From contig NC_043003.1 in NCBI RefSeq assembly GCF_006345805.1, forward strand, positions 26,846,001 to 26,910,000: 64,000 nucleotides of DNA, given 5' to 3'. Each line of letters opens with the position of its first letter. Position 1 is the stretch's first letter. Both the position numbers and the translations under genes were made by a program. Below the pieces are notes generated by a model. The model saw only the letters and a program-made list of their open reading frames with translations. It had not been told where the DNA came from and made no database searches. Origin of the DNA: Octopus sinensis (taxonomy: Eukaryota). Positions 13,335-27,271 of this stretch are shown here, one piece after another.

Positions 13335-13510
13335 GCGATTTTTTTCCCTGTGTCTTCCCTTCTCTGGATCTTTCCTTCTCCTATGTTTCCGACTAAGAGC
13401 TCCGCTCGAAACGTTAAACCCTCCTTCTTTCCTTCTTTCCTGAGCGTCCAATAATACTATATTTATTCCACGTCCTTGTGTTTTTTGTGCTTTCTTGTTT
13501 GGATTAACTT
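13335..13510 (+). mobile_element. Penelope-like terminal-repeat remnant with decayed hammerhead motif
   Basis: Same family as 39988-40175. Core CCGACTAA-GAGC-TCC-GCTC-GAAACGTT at 13389-13415. The element ends in (TA)n. Confidence 0.65.
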
Positions 13511-13525
13511 TATATATATAATATA

Positions 13526-13576
<51 letters not shown>

Positions 13577-13666
13577 AGTATATACATACAAGTATATATA
13601 TATGGGGAGAGAGCGAGAGAGAGATAATATATATATAGATATATATTAAAGATAGATAGATAGAGA

Positions 13667-13715
<49 letters not shown>

Positions 13716-13740
13716 CGGACAGACAGATATATAGAAACAT

Positions 13741-13818
<78 letters not shown>

Positions 13819-14018
13819 GCATGTATTGTGTATGCTAATATTTGATCTGTTTGTGTGAAGGCGGCAGAGTGGGAAGAGCGAGGAAGACATATTTGGTAGA
13901 GATTATCATATTTTAACCGACTTTGGGTCATCATATCATTATTTAATTATGGGCGTTCACTAATACCGTACAACAGCAGCAGCAGCAACAACAATTACAG
14001 CAACTACTACTACTACTA

Positions 14019-14050
<32 letters not shown>

Positions 14051-14624
14051 AGGAATCTTTCTGTATAGTATTTTTATTTGCTAGAAATAGCAGCTCAGTC
14101 TCGCACTCAAATAATCCTTTCTACTAGAGGCTGAAGGCCTGAAATTTTTTGGGGGAAGGAGCTAGTCGATTACATCGACCCCAGTGCTCAACTGGTACAT
14201 ATTCTATCGAACTGGAAGGGCTGAAAAGCAAAGTCGATCTCGGCGTAAAGACGGCGAACGAAATGCCACTAAGCCAGCCGAGCTAAAGATTCTGCCAGCT
14301 CTCCGCCGGGCCTCGCACTGAAATAATAGTTTCGAATTTTGGCAAGGCCAGCAGTTTTTTTTGGGGGGGGGGAGGAGTAAGTCAATTACATCGACCTCAA
14401 TGTTCAACTGGTACTTATTTTATTGACCCCGAAAGGTTGAAAAGTAAAGTCGACCTTGGTGGAATTTGAACTCACAACGTAAAGACGAACGAAATGCCGT
14501 TAAGTAATTTTTCCGACGTGCTAACGATTGTGTCTCAGATGATGCTTGTCGTTTCCTAAATAAGGAATAAAACACATTGTAATAATATAGTTCCAGACCA
14601 ACGGTTCCGAGCCATTTGTAGCTC

Positions 14625-15035
14625 AGTGGCCCCTTTCTCTGACTGGTGTTACGCAAATAGCCCCTATTCATTGCCTTCTTTCGAAGGACAGTGTTAAGAA
14701 TGGCCCCTGTTCATTATCCATTTTACTTTTTACGAAATTGTGTTTTACAAACATCCCCTCTTCATAATCATATTACCCCCTTTCTCTAAATGGTATTTTA
14801 TAAACGACCTTTATTCATTATCCTCTGTCAAAGAATGGTGTTATATAAACAATCACGCTTCATTGCTTTCTTTCGCTGAACGGCTTTATATAAACACCCC
14901 CTATTTATTACCTCCTTTCAGAGAATACTGTACAGACGCCCTTTCTTCATTACCTTCTTTCACTAAACGATGATTGACAAAACCCGCCTCTCCATCACCA
15001 CCCCCTCTCAAAGGAAGGTGTTTTATAAACAATCA
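14625..15035. repeat. Degenerate minisatellite, about 45-bp unit
   Basis: Recurrent AAACA-CCCCTATTCATTACCTTCTTTC..GGTGTTATA motif, about 9 copies. Confidence 0.7.
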
Positions 15036-15499
15036 AGCACTCTCTTATGCCATCAAAAAATGAAAACCGAAAAGATTGTTTTAACCAAACGAAAGTGAAT
15101 TTTGTGCAGAAGTTATTTTTATCTCTTTTTTTTTAATATATCAGCCCCTTCAAGATGGGACATATTTCAGATATTTACGTGGGCTAGGACCCCGCTATGT
15201 TATGCCAAATTTTTTATCAAATTACGGTGAAAGGAGGGGGAGGATTTACATAACATACATATATAGATTCTTTCGTGAAGTGCATAATATGTCTGAACAT
15301 ATACAATAATAATAAATGCCAAGCAAACATCAAGTACAGGACATCACCAACGAGTGAAAAATACGTAAGAACATAATGAGAGACAAGTACGGGACAAAAT
15401 ACCACAAGAAGTTTAACCCCTCCTCTGTTGTCGGCTTTCAAAATTTCTCTCAGGCGTTACCCATTACAATACGTCTTGGTCTAACGGCCCTTAAGTGAA

Positions 15500-15797
15500 A
15501 ACACATAGCCTAGTGGTTAGAGCAACGGACTCGCGGTAGAGGGATCGCGGGTTCGAATCTCAGACCGGGCGATGTGTGTGTCTATGAGCGAAACACCTAA
15601 GCTCCACGCGGCTCCGGCAGTAGGTAATGGCGAACTTCAGTTGACTCTTTCGCCACAACTTTTTTTTCACTCTTTCCTCCTGCATCTTGCAGCCCACTTG
15701 CGACAGACTGGCGTCCCATCCAGGTGGGGAGCCTATACGCCTAGGAAATCGGGAAACCGGCCCTTATGAGCCAGGCATGGCTCGAGAAGGAACAAAC
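15500..15797 (+). mobile_element. SINE family D
   Basis: TAGCCTAGTGGTTAGAGC..GGACTCGCGGT..GGGTTCGAATCTC tRNA-like head and GAGCGAAACACCTAAGCTCCACG body. Also at 21385(-) and 24431(+). Confidence 0.8.
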
Positions 15798-16157
15798 ATA
15801 TAACGGCCCTTAATGTTTGTTTACTCTGTACGTCCACCCTGTCGTTGATTGTTCGTTTGAAGCTCTAACGCTCCAGAAATTTTACATTTTAAAATTTCTG
15901 GATGCAGCTGTTTAATGAAGTTTTCCTATATTGTCGTTGAAAGCTCGAAATAGGGAGTAATTTAACAGTCGACAACTGAGGAGGGGTTACACTTCTTGTG
16001 GTATTTTGTCCCGTACTTGTCTCTCATTATGTGTTCACGTATTTTTCATTCCTTGGTGATGTCCTGTATGTACTTGATGTACTTGATGTACTTGATGTAT
16101 ATCTATTTATTTATAATCGAACGCCACGCAGCCTTGTCCATGGTAAGTTTTTACTTG

Positions 16158-16231
<74 letters not shown>

Positions 16232-17140
16232 TGTGTTTGTACATACATACATACATACATACATATATACATAATTTCTTTTACTTGTTTCAGTCATTCG
16301 ACTGCGGCTATGCTGGAGCACCGCCTTTAGTCGAGCAAATCGACCCCAGGACTTACACACACATTTATATGTATACATATATACGACGGGCTTCTTTCAG
16401 TTTCCATCTACCAAATCCACTCACAAGGCTTTGGTCGACTCGAGGCTATAATAGAAGACACTTACCCAAGGTGCCACGCAGTGGGACTGAAATCAGAACC
16501 ATGTGGTTGGTAAGCAAGCTACTTACCACACAGCCACTCTGGCGCCTATGCTCATATATATACATATACACACACATGCACACATATATACATACACACA
16601 CATACTCATATATGATGTACATATGAATGTTTGTGTACGCGTGTGCCTGTGTATATACGCGTGCGTGTTTCTGTGCATGCAAAAATGTGAAGGAAATGGC
16701 GTATGATGAGTTAAAGAGAGAGAGAAAAAAGAGAGAAACAAAGAGGGATAGTATGAGGGACAGAGTAATAGTGAGGGGAGAAGGAGTGGAGAATGAGTAT
16801 GGTGGTGGATGGGGGGAGAAACTGAAGAGAAACAGAGTTAACAGGTTGTGTGGGTGAAGTGCTCTAATCAGACCCACGGCATTTCTGTCACGTTATCTAA
16901 CTTGACAAACACTCAGTATAAGTCAACATATCGAGCCTTTTGATCGTGGATTAGTGGTGGTGATGATGATAATGATGATGTTGATGATTATTACGATGAG
17001 GATGATGATGATAATGATGACGAGGTTCGGGATGATGATAATGATGACGAGGTTCGGGATGATGATAATGACGATGATGATGATAAGAAAACAACAGCAT
17101 TGAAAACAAAGTGTTTGTGATATACATGTCTAGTGTAGAA

Positions 17141-17330
<190 letters not shown>

Positions 17331-17861
17331 TGTATGTATGTATGTATAGGCGCTGGTATCAGCTTATAAGTTGAACTTATAATCAAATTCGTTCAATACT
17401 GAGTGCTTTATTCATATCTGCCAGAAAATTCTAAACACTTTTTGTCTTGAATTCACTCAAAAAGCTATATCTATATATATATATATATATATATGCACAC
17501 ATAAGTCACACACACACACACACACTCACACAAACTACGTTTTTATATATTATTACAAAATGGCGCCCTCAACAGCTCACTTGATTTGTCATGCGTTTGG
17601 GTAGAATTGAAAACCATTCGCTATTGCACATGTGTTGAAAAAATGTTAAGTCCACGCAAAAAAATATTTTAAGTACGAAGGTATGTTCATATGTATGTAT
17701 GTATATATATTTATGTATGTATGCATATACTTATGTACACACACATGTGTGTGTGTTGTGTGTGTGTGTGTGTGTGTGTGTGGTTTACTTGGTACGGAGC
17801 TTGTAATAAAATTCTTTTCTGTTGCTAAGGCAGCTTCGATTATTCAATAAATCTTTTGATT

Positions 17862-17898
<37 letters not shown>

Positions 17899-18342
17899 GA
17901 TATATACGTGCATATACACACACATGCATAGACACACATATACTCTCATACGCTCACAAACACACACATAGGTATATATTATATTATGTATGTATATTTA
18001 CATATATATATGTGTGTGTATGTGTGTGTTTTGTGCACGTATGTGTATGTGTGTGTGTATAAAATTGAGGATATTATTACAAAACTAGATTAATGGGGTG
18101 ACATAGTACGAACATTTTATTAATTTTTTAATAAATGTCATGTTGACTGAGACTTCAATTTACGCCTCCATGTTTTCATGCACGTATACACGCGAGTGTA
18201 TGTATGCATGTCATTCGTTACGTATATATGTATCTATGAAGATACACACACACACACACACACATACACACACACACAGATATATATATATATATATATA
18301 TACATATATATAATATATATATATATATATAATATATATATA

Positions 18343-18553
18343 GCGGTTTTTAAATCAAAGGTGGACATCTTCCTGTCAAGAGTCCCAGATGAACCTACCT
18401 CACGGCAAGAGGTGCAAATGAGAGTAGCTGTATCAAACTCCATTCTTCACCAAGTGCCACATATTAGACGAGGTTCGTCGCAATAACAGTGTAGCACAAA
18501 ACGGCGGTGCGTCAGCATGGCCGCAGCTCTGAGCTGAAACTAGAAAAAAAAAA
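18343..18553 (+). mobile_element. CR1/L2-group LINE 3' end
   Basis: FKSKVDIFLSRVPDEP..SNSILHQ ORF2 C-terminus, then the GGCGGTGCGTCAGCATGGCCGCAGCTCTGAGCTGAAAC stem-loop tail and an A-run, inside (TA)n. Confidence 0.7.
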
Positions 18554-18659
18554 TATATATATATATATATATATTTGTATGTCTCGACTTCAACCCGAAA
18601 AAAATTTATAAAAGTAACCGACGGGAAACCTAGTCGTGCTTCATAATTAATCGTGCTTC

Positions 18660-19502
18660 GCTGTTTTCGTCGCGTAACGTGTGTCGTTTCGCTTTCCTGC
18701 AGGCCCCGATTATTAGAAAGCGAAACGACCCATGTTACACGACGAAAGCATTGAAGTTTGTGGGTAAGAGTCTGATGCTTTGGGAATACATAAAAAGCTG
18801 ATGGTTCAAGAAAGTTGGTTAAAATTTACGGTAACTTGAATAGTGCCAAATACATCCGGTTGTTGAAGGACAATTTGATACCGGACTTGGATGAAGATGA
18901 GATTTTTCAGCCTGATGGAGCTCCATGCCACAGATCACGTGCAAAACAACAGAGCCTGGCTGATGAAGGTGTTACCGTATTGAAAGATTGGCCAGCTCAG
19001 AGCCCTGACTTAAGTATCATGGAGCAAATGTGGACAGAACTAAAGACAAGAGTTCATCAGAAGAATCCACGCAGTCACAGAGAATGGCATCTCAAACTTA
19101 TGTAGATGGAGAAGGATTTGTACGCACGTCTTCCCAGGTGCATTGAAACAATTACTCAAGCTAAGGGAAGCCACACGAAATATTAACAATGTACAGTAAT
19201 TTCTTGAAATGAACATTATGTAATAAATTTTCATTATAGACATTTTTCTGTTTTAAAACTCTGTATCTTGATTGGTTTATGTGAGATGGCCGAAAACTTT
19301 TTCACGACCACATTTGGTGGTCGTCTCGCATATTTCCCTTTCATTAAGAACTCCGACTACAAAATATAATGATTAAGTATGGAAATGACTCCATCAAGGT
19401 CAATGTTTCAACTGTTAAAAACGCAATGTGAAACATCCACTTATAAGTTAGCAATTAGCAGAAATTTACGATAAAGTGGCCGAAGACTTTTGCACAGTAC
19501 TC
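18660..19502 (+). mobile_element. Tc1-family (DD34E, IR/DR type) transposon remnant
   Basis: GNLNSAKYIRLL..IFQPDGAPCHRS..DWPAQSPDLSIMEQMW. Right TIR TGGCCGAAGACTTTTGCACAGTAC (about 19477-19500) with an inner direct repeat TGGCCGAAAACTTTTTCAC (about 19287). Confidence 0.9.
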
Positions 19503-19549
19503 TGTGTGTGTGTGTGTGTGTGTATATATATGTGTATATACATACATAC

Positions 19550-19699
<150 letters not shown>

Positions 19700-20026
19700 C
19701 AGTTGTGTCAGTTACACTGCGGCCATTTTGCAGCACCTCCTTGAAGAACTTTGTCGAACGGATTCCAGAACTTATTGTTTTTCTAGAGCCTGGTACTTAT
19801 TCTATCGATCTCTTTCTGTGTATCACTCACACCGTCGCTTGACCACTGGTATTGGTTGGTTTACACCATCGTAACATAGCAGTTCGATAAAAGATACCAA
19901 CTAAAAAAATTAGTACTAAGGTCGATTTGTTCGACTAAACTCTTCAAGGCGGTGCCCTAGCATGGCCGCAGTCCAATCACTGAAAAGAGCAAAAGATGTG
20001 TGTTTATATGAATGTATGTATTTATA

Positions 20027-20560
20027 GGCGCAGGTGTGACTATGCGATAAGAAACTTACTTCCCAACCAAATGGTTCCGAGTTCAGTCACACAGTGTGGC
20101 ATCTTGGGAAAATGTCATCTACTATAAATATATATACATACACACACACGACGAGCTTCTTTCGGTTTTCGTCTACCAAATCGACGTACAAGGTTTGGGT
20201 CAGCCCGAGAGTATAACAGAAGACACTTGCCCAAGGTGTCACACAAAGGGACTTCGTAGTAAGGGACTGAACCAGAAACCATGTGTTTGTGAAGGAAGCA
20301 GTGGTGGTGGACACAAATTCAAAGATACACACACAAGTGTGTGTGTATGTGTGTGTATGTATTCTCACGCATCACTGCTTGACAACCAGTGTTGGTGTGT
20401 TTATATCCCCGTAACCAAGTGGTTCAGCAAAAGCAATCAATAGAATTACTACGAAGCTTAAGAAAGAAGAAAAAGTAGTACTGGGGTCGATTCGTTCGAC
20501 TAAAATTCTTCTGGGTGGTGCCCCAGCATGGCCGCAGTCTAATGACCGAAACAAGTAAAA
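20027..20560 (+). mobile_element. Composite of family B SINE pieces in both orientations
   Basis: Family B head on +, an inverted middle segment at 20150-20300, then a family B tail on +. Confidence 0.7.
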
Positions 20561-20650
20561 GGTAAACGGATTCGTGCTGATGTGTGTGGATGTGTCGTTC
20601 GCAAGTTGGATATGGGTCTGTCTGCGTGAGTTAATGTATTTGTCTAAATA

Positions 20651-20875
20651 TTGGGTTGTCCGGAAAGTTCGTGCCGATTTATAGTAGCTTACCGTTCGTC
20701 TTACCCTCACAGGCACCTCAGTTCTGGGAAGAGGGTATTTTCAAGTTAAAGGAAAGATGGAGAGGCATTGTGCAACAAAATGATTCATATTTGGTTGATT
20801 AAAAATGTAATGGCAAGTATTTATTGACCTTTTTCTATCCTTTAAAAATCGGCACGAATTTTCCGGACAACCCAA
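20651..20875. mobile_element. mariner-derived MITE
   Basis: About 30-bp TIRs TTGGGTTGTCCGGAAAGTTCGTGCCGATTT / AAATCGGCACGAATTTTCCGGACAACCCAA, with TA on both sides. Confidence 0.92.
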
Positions 20876-21464
20876 TACTTATGCTTTGATGTGTGACTCA
20901 GTATTTCTTATCAGTATTTAAGACTGGGGTCCGTGCGCGCACCTTTTTGTCTCTGTGTATGTTACAGTATGTGTGGTCATGTGTCTGAATAAATGTGTCT
21001 ACACGCCCGTTTGTCTGCATTTACAGAGGTGTGTGTCTGGTATCTGTGTATGTGTGTGCCCGCGCCATGCGAGTGTGTGTGTGTGTATATGTGTGTTCGA
21101 CTTTACCCTCTATCTTTGGGGATCAATGAAATAAGTAGCAGATGAACACTGGGGTCGATTTAATAGACATGCTCCACCCCACCCCACCCAACCCTGAAAC
21201 TTCGGGCCTTGTGCTAGGGACTAAGTTCAGCGACGTATGAACATTTGCAAATAACTGTTGGCAAATCCTTGAGATGCCTGCTTTTGACGTCAAATTTATT
21301 ATTTCTCTAATGTCTGTTTATATATTGTTTGTTCTGTCATTTAATGTTGTAGTATCTCTTTTTGACCGTTTACATTGCAGTGTGGAATTTTCGGTGTTTC
21401 GCTCATAAACACGCACACCGCTAGGTCTGAGATTCGAACCCGCGATCCTTCGACCGCGAGTCCT

Positions 21465-22018
21465 CCACGGGTACAAATATACGAAGCTCAATATATACAT
21501 CTTGACTACTCGTCTGATAGGGTACACTACGCTCATAGATCACAACCATATGTGCGCGACATGGTGATCTCATGTCAAAATAAACAACGCATGACCTTGC
21601 AGGTGGGGCCCTGTCAGAATTTTTTTCAGGTCGGGTAGCCCATCCCATGCAAAAGGTCCCTGAATAAGGGTTGTTTGAGGACGTTGAACAAAACACTAAT
21701 GTTTCCCGAGATGAATTAGTGAAGCCCCAAAGAATTCCTCTCAACACATGGCTATGATGCTCCCCCGCTACTTCTGCTCATGATTAGAGATACATATATC
21801 ATCAATCACTAGGGGACATGCTCATCCATTTAAGATCAAACAACTGAGAAACAAATCTGTAGCATTGAGCAGAATATTTGCTGTAGCCGATCTTTTATAC
21901 CAAGACAAAACACGTACATGATAACGCTTGATAACAATGATAACACTTATTAACATGATAACAATAAGTTAAGATCAGAAGCCATGAGAGCCACTGCCAG
22001 GTACTGCATCAGGGCATT
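21465..22018 (+). mobile_element. Unclassified TAA-associated repeat
   Basis: Homologous in reverse orientation to 33572-34038 (CACAACCATATGTGCGCGACATGGTGATCTCAT.. shared). Ends in (TTA)n. Confidence 0.7.
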
Positions 22019-22031
22019 TATTATTATTATT

Positions 22032-24142
22032 CTATGTTTGACTTTTGCTTTATGTCTGTACAAGTTGGCTCCAATTCTTACCCAGAGACCTCAAGAGACA
22101 ATAGGTTGGAAGTTCTGTGCCATATATTTGGGGGGGGGGTTCTGTTTTTTTTTTGGTGTTGTACTAGTGAATGTCTAATACATAAAAAAAAAAGTTTGTT
22201 TTATACCTTGGGATTACATAGAGAGTATTTTTCGTAGGATATGAGCAGTTCCCATGAGCACTATCTTTTGAATTTCTGCCATTTTGGGGTTTCCTGGTAT
22301 CTGAGTTAGGTAGCAATCAGTCCCTTTCGCTATCATTCCCAGGGCACCTATGACAACAGGTATTGTTTTAGTCTTCAGCTTCCACATTTTGCTGATTTCT
22401 ATTTCAAGATCTTTATATTGCTCGGTTTTTGTAGGTCTTGACAGATACGTTTATATCGATTGGGACAGTCATATCAATGAGGAGGCATGTTCTTTGCCTG
22501 AAGTCTTTCAATATGATGTCTGGCCTATTTGCATCTATCTCCTGTCAGTTTGAATGGTGAAGTTCCAGAGGAGTGAGATGTGGTCATTTTCAAGCACTGG
22601 GGGTGGATTGTGTTCCCACCAGTTTTTTTCATGGGGCAAATCCAGGTTTTTGCAAATTACCCAGTGAATATATTGTGCAGCTCTATCATGCCTACTGAGG
22701 TACTCTGTAGGCGCTAGAAGACTGCATTTGGAGACAACATGATCAATGGTTTCATTTTGTTGTCGGCATACACGACATGTTGGGCTACTGCCGTTCTTTA
22801 ATATATTGGCCTGGTAGTTTCTTGTTGGTAGGCATTGATCTTGAGCTGCTATGATAAACCCCTCTGCTTCAGATTTTAAGCCAGAGGCCATTAGCCATTG
22901 ATGGGTCAGGGCTTTGTCGATATCTGCATTATTCGCTCTCTTTGGGTATTTGCCATAGAGAGGTTTTTCTTGCCATTTATTATTCAGAATATCTAAGGCC
23001 GCAGATTTGGCACGGGTTTTCATGCGCCTAGCTTTTTCTGTGCTTGTTTCTTGTATGTCTATCTCTAATTCCGAAATTGGTTGTATTCGGAATTCACTTA
23101 GATATTCCTTTGCCTGTTTTGTGACTGAGTATGATGCTTTCTTGTTTTGAGACAAGTTTTAACATCCAGTCCTCAGAGTTTTTCAGGTAGGTGTCTAGGC
23201 CAATTGTAGCAATCTCCATTGTTATTGCCAGTTGCAAAAGACCACGGCCTCCCTCTTTTCTTGGCAGATAGAGTCGTTCTGTATCTGCCTTAGGGTGGTG
23301 CATTCTATGCATTGTCAACAGTTTCCTTATTTTTCTGTCGAGCTGACATATTTCAGTAATTGACCAGTTAACAATATTGAAACTGTAAGTCACGACTGTA
23401 TGGCTAATGCATTGATCGCTTCGATCCTGTTTCTTGCATTCAGCTCTGTCTTGAGTATTGCTCTCACTCTTCGATAGCATTCTCTCCTGATCCTTTCCTT
23501 CATCTCTGAATGCCTTATTCCGTTCCCTTCAATTACCCCTAGGTACTTGTAGCTCTCCGCTGGGTCTAGTTCTTTTATGACATTCTGCTGGTCAAGGTTA
23601 ACGTTAGATGTTTCTGTCATTTTTCCTTTGATAAAGGTAGCTTTTGCACATTTATCGAGGCCGAATTGCATTCTGATGTCGTCACTGAATTGTTTGACTA
23701 TCGCTAGTAAGCCCTTGAGTTGTTGGTCATTTTTTGCAAAAAGCTTTAAATCATCCATGTAAATAAGATGATTTATATTTTTATCAAACATTTTATACCC
23801 GTACTGCGCGTCATTGAGCAGCTTTGAGAGAGGTATTAAGGATAAACAAAAGAGAATGGTGACAGTGAGTCACCTGGAAAATGCCACACGAAATTTTTAC
23901 ATCACCAGCATTTAGGGATTCATTGTCACTGTTCAGAGTTAGTGTGGTTCTCCATGATCTCATACTTACAGTCAAGAAGTTTCGCAGAGTAGGTGCTATC
24001 TTATACATTCCAGGCATTTCCTAATCCAGCTATGTGGTAGGCTATCAAAAGCCTTTTTATAGTCTATCCAAGCTATTGATAAGTTTTTGTGTCGTTTGTG
24101 ACAATCTTCTAAGATCATCTTATTGATGAGTAGTTGGTCTTC
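22032..24142 (-). mobile_element. R4/Dong-like non-LTR retrotransposon, 5'-truncated, copy 2
   Basis: EDQLLINKM..AWIDYKKAFDSLPHSWI, GIFQ, HLIYMDDLKLF, FGLDKC, YKYLG, AAQDQCL..CRVC..ETIDHVVSKC, RHD and the PD..D endonuclease. (TTA)n on both sides. Confidence 0.95.
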
Positions 24143-24354
24143 ATTATTATTATTATTATTATTATATTATATATTATTATATTATTATTATTATTATGAT
24201 TATTATTATTATTATTAGAAAAAAATAACAACATGAACAATACTGAACAATAATAGTAAAGGACCGAACCAGTTCGTGTGCCTATTATTACCGACCGGTA
24301 TAGTGTCAATCCCAATAATAATAATAATAATAATTATTATTATTATTATTATTA

Positions 24355-24408
<54 letters not shown>

Positions 24409-24887
24409 CATTATTATTATTATTATTATTGGAGGCACAATGACCCAGTGGTTAGGGCAGCGGACTCGCAGTCGAAGGATCGCGGTTTCGATTCCCAGAC
24501 TGGGCTTTGTGTGTGTTTATTGAGCGAAAACACCTAAAGTTCCACGTGGCTCCGGCAGGGGGTGGTGGCGACCCCTGTTGTACTCTTTTGCCCCAACTTT
24601 CTCTCGCTCTTTCTTCATGTTTCTTGGGGAGGGGGTGGAACACATACGCCACAGAAGCCGGGAAAACGGGCCCATTAGCTTGGCTAGGCTTGAAAAGGGC
24701 GCATAGATAAAAAAATATTATTATTATTGTTGTTGTTGTTGTTGTTGTTATTGGAGCCACAAAATCCGCAACAGCAAAATCAACAACAACAACAGAAACA
24801 AATGAAGGTAAAATGTGTGCTTGGTCACGAAAGCGGCACAGGGTTACTGCGAGGAACAGTAAGATGATACTGTTGAAGACGGTGAAA

Positions 24888-25047
24888 GTGTGTGTGTGTG
24901 TGTGTGTGTGTGTTGTGTGTGTGTGTGTGTGTGCGTGTGGTTTTGTGCGTGTGTGTGTGTGTTTGTGTGTGTGCGTGTGTGTGGTGTGTGTGTGTGTTGT
25001 GCGTGTGTGTGTGTGTGTGTGTGTGTTTGTGTGGTGCGTGTGTGTGT

Positions 25048-25084
<37 letters not shown>

Positions 25085-25250
25085 TGTGTGTGTGTGTTTG
25101 TGTGTGTGCGCGTGTGTGTGCGTGTTTTGTGTGTGGTGCGTGTGTGTGTTGTGTGTTTGTGTTTGTGCGTGTGTGTGTGTTGTGTTTGTGGTGTGTGCGT
25201 GTGTGTGTGTGTATGTGTGTGTGTTGTGTTGTGCGTGTGTGTGTGTGTGG

Positions 25251-25286
<36 letters not shown>

Positions 25287-25391
25287 GTGTGTGCGTGTGT
25301 GTGTGTGTGCGTGTGTGTGTGTGTGTGTTTGTGTGTGTGCGTGTGTGTGTGTGTGTGTTTGTGTGTGTGCGTGTGTGTGTATGTGTGTGTG

Positions 25392-25427
<36 letters not shown>

Positions 25428-25780
25428 TGGTGCGTGTGTATGGTTATGTGAGAGAGCGAGAGAACTCAGTGGAATACGACGTTGTGACGGTAGTTGCGGT
25501 GGTGTGGTGGTGGTGGTGGTGGTGGTGGGATTAGAGGTCGGAGGTCACGTTAGAGGCAGTGCAAACGGGCGAAACGTGTACATGAGAGGTAACTCCCACA
25601 CACCTCATCATGTATACGGCTCACCTGCTCGCTCTGACTTCGACTTTAAGTGTCGTCATCGTTATCATTGCCGCCGCCGTCGTCGTCGTCTTCTCGTCAT
25701 ATTCAAAAACTATCACTGTTCATATTACTATTGTTCTTTTAATGTACACGTATGTTTATATATATTGTTATCTATCCGTC

Positions 25781-25854
<74 letters not shown>

Positions 25855-25930
25855 CTTATTTATATCTCTCTCTCTCTTCTCTCTCTCTCTCTGTCTATCT
25901 ATATATCCATCTATCCATCTATCTATCTAA

Positions 25931-25974
<44 letters not shown>

Positions 25975-26010
25975 ATATCTATCTATCTATCTATCTATCT
26001 ATCTACTTAT

Positions 26011-26050
<40 letters not shown>

Positions 26051-26062
26051 ATCTATCTATCC

Positions 26063-26124
<62 letters not shown>

Positions 26125-26248
26125 TTATCTCTCTCTCCTCTCTCTCTCTGTCTATCTATCTATCCATCTATCCATCTATCTATCTATAATCTATCTATCT
26201 ATCTATCTATCTATCTCTATCTATCTATCTATCTATCTATCTACTTAT

Positions 26249-26287
<39 letters not shown>

Positions 26288-26470
26288 ATCTATCTATCCA
26301 TCTATCTATCCTATCTTCTATCTATCTATCTATCTATCTATTTTCTCTCTCTCTTCTCTCCCTCTCTCTGTCTATCTAGCCTATCCATCTATTCCATCTA
26401 TCTATCAATCTATCTATCTATACTTCTATCTATCTATCTATCTATCTAATCTATCTCATCTGTCAGTCCG

Positions 26471-26501
<31 letters not shown>

Positions 26502-26520
26502 TCTCTCTCTCTCCTCTCTT
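24888..26520. repeat. Long (TG)n then (TATC)n/(TC)n microsatellite block
   Basis: Directly visible. It accounts for the spurious 495-aa ORF. Confidence 0.95.
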
Positions 26521-26521
26521 G

Positions 26522-26700
26522 ATATATATAAATAAAGATGAGAATGTGTCTGTGTCTGTGTGTGTGTGTGCCTGTCTGTCTGTGTGAATCCCTAAAACTC
26601 GAGAACTACACAACCGATTTCATTCAAATTTTACACATGCCTCATTTAGGGTCCAAGTAGTGTCATGGGCCAAAAAAATTGTTCAACTTTACATCGACCT
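26522..26700 (+). mobile_element. Helitron-type non-autonomous element, 5' part
   Basis: ATATATATAAATAAAGATGAGAATGTGTCTGTG..CCGATTTCATTCAAATTTTACACATGC. Homologous to 46490-46644(-). Confidence 0.6.
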
Positions 26701-26862
26701 TGATAAAAAAAAGTGATACGCGAGCGCGCACAAACATGCACACGCAAATAAACAGAAAGAAACATGTTTAATGCCATACACAAATCCAGACAGATAGAGA
26801 AGGAAGAGAGAGAAAGGGGAGAAAGATGAGAGAGAGAGAGAGAAAGAAAGAAAGAAAGAAAA

Positions 26863-26894
<32 letters not shown>

Positions 26895-27240
26895 GAAAGA
26901 GAAAGAGAGAGAGAAACAGAGAGAAGTAGGGAAAAAATTGAGTTTAGAGAAATGTTTTAGCGAAATCAACAACCAGCAATCTAAGACACTCAAAGACATC
27001 TACACAGGAAATATCTACTTTGATTAAGACTTTGGTCACTACTCTTGGAATTGACCGTTTCCGCCGGCGTTCTTGTTATTATTGTTGTTGTTGCTGTTGT
27101 AGTTGTTGTTATTCTTCTTCCTCGTCCTCTTCTTTCTCTATTCCTCCTTCTTGTCTTTCTTGTTGTTGTATTGTTGTTGTTATTGTTGTTGTTGTTGTTG
27201 TTGTTGTTCTTCTTCTTCTTCTTCTTCTTCTTCTTCTTTT

Positions 27241-27271
<31 letters not shown>

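Noticed and set aside
14625-15035. CRISPR-like periodicity
   Set aside because: It is a degenerate tandem unit without unique spacers, in eukaryotic DNA with no cas genes.
25626-25710. Minus-strand exon with CAG|GTGAG donor
   Set aside because: The body is low-complexity trinucleotide sequence with a poor acceptor.
24892-26379. 495-aa ORF and the many YI/CV/HT/LSIY ORFs
   Set aside because: These are translations of stop-free microsatellites with no domain content.
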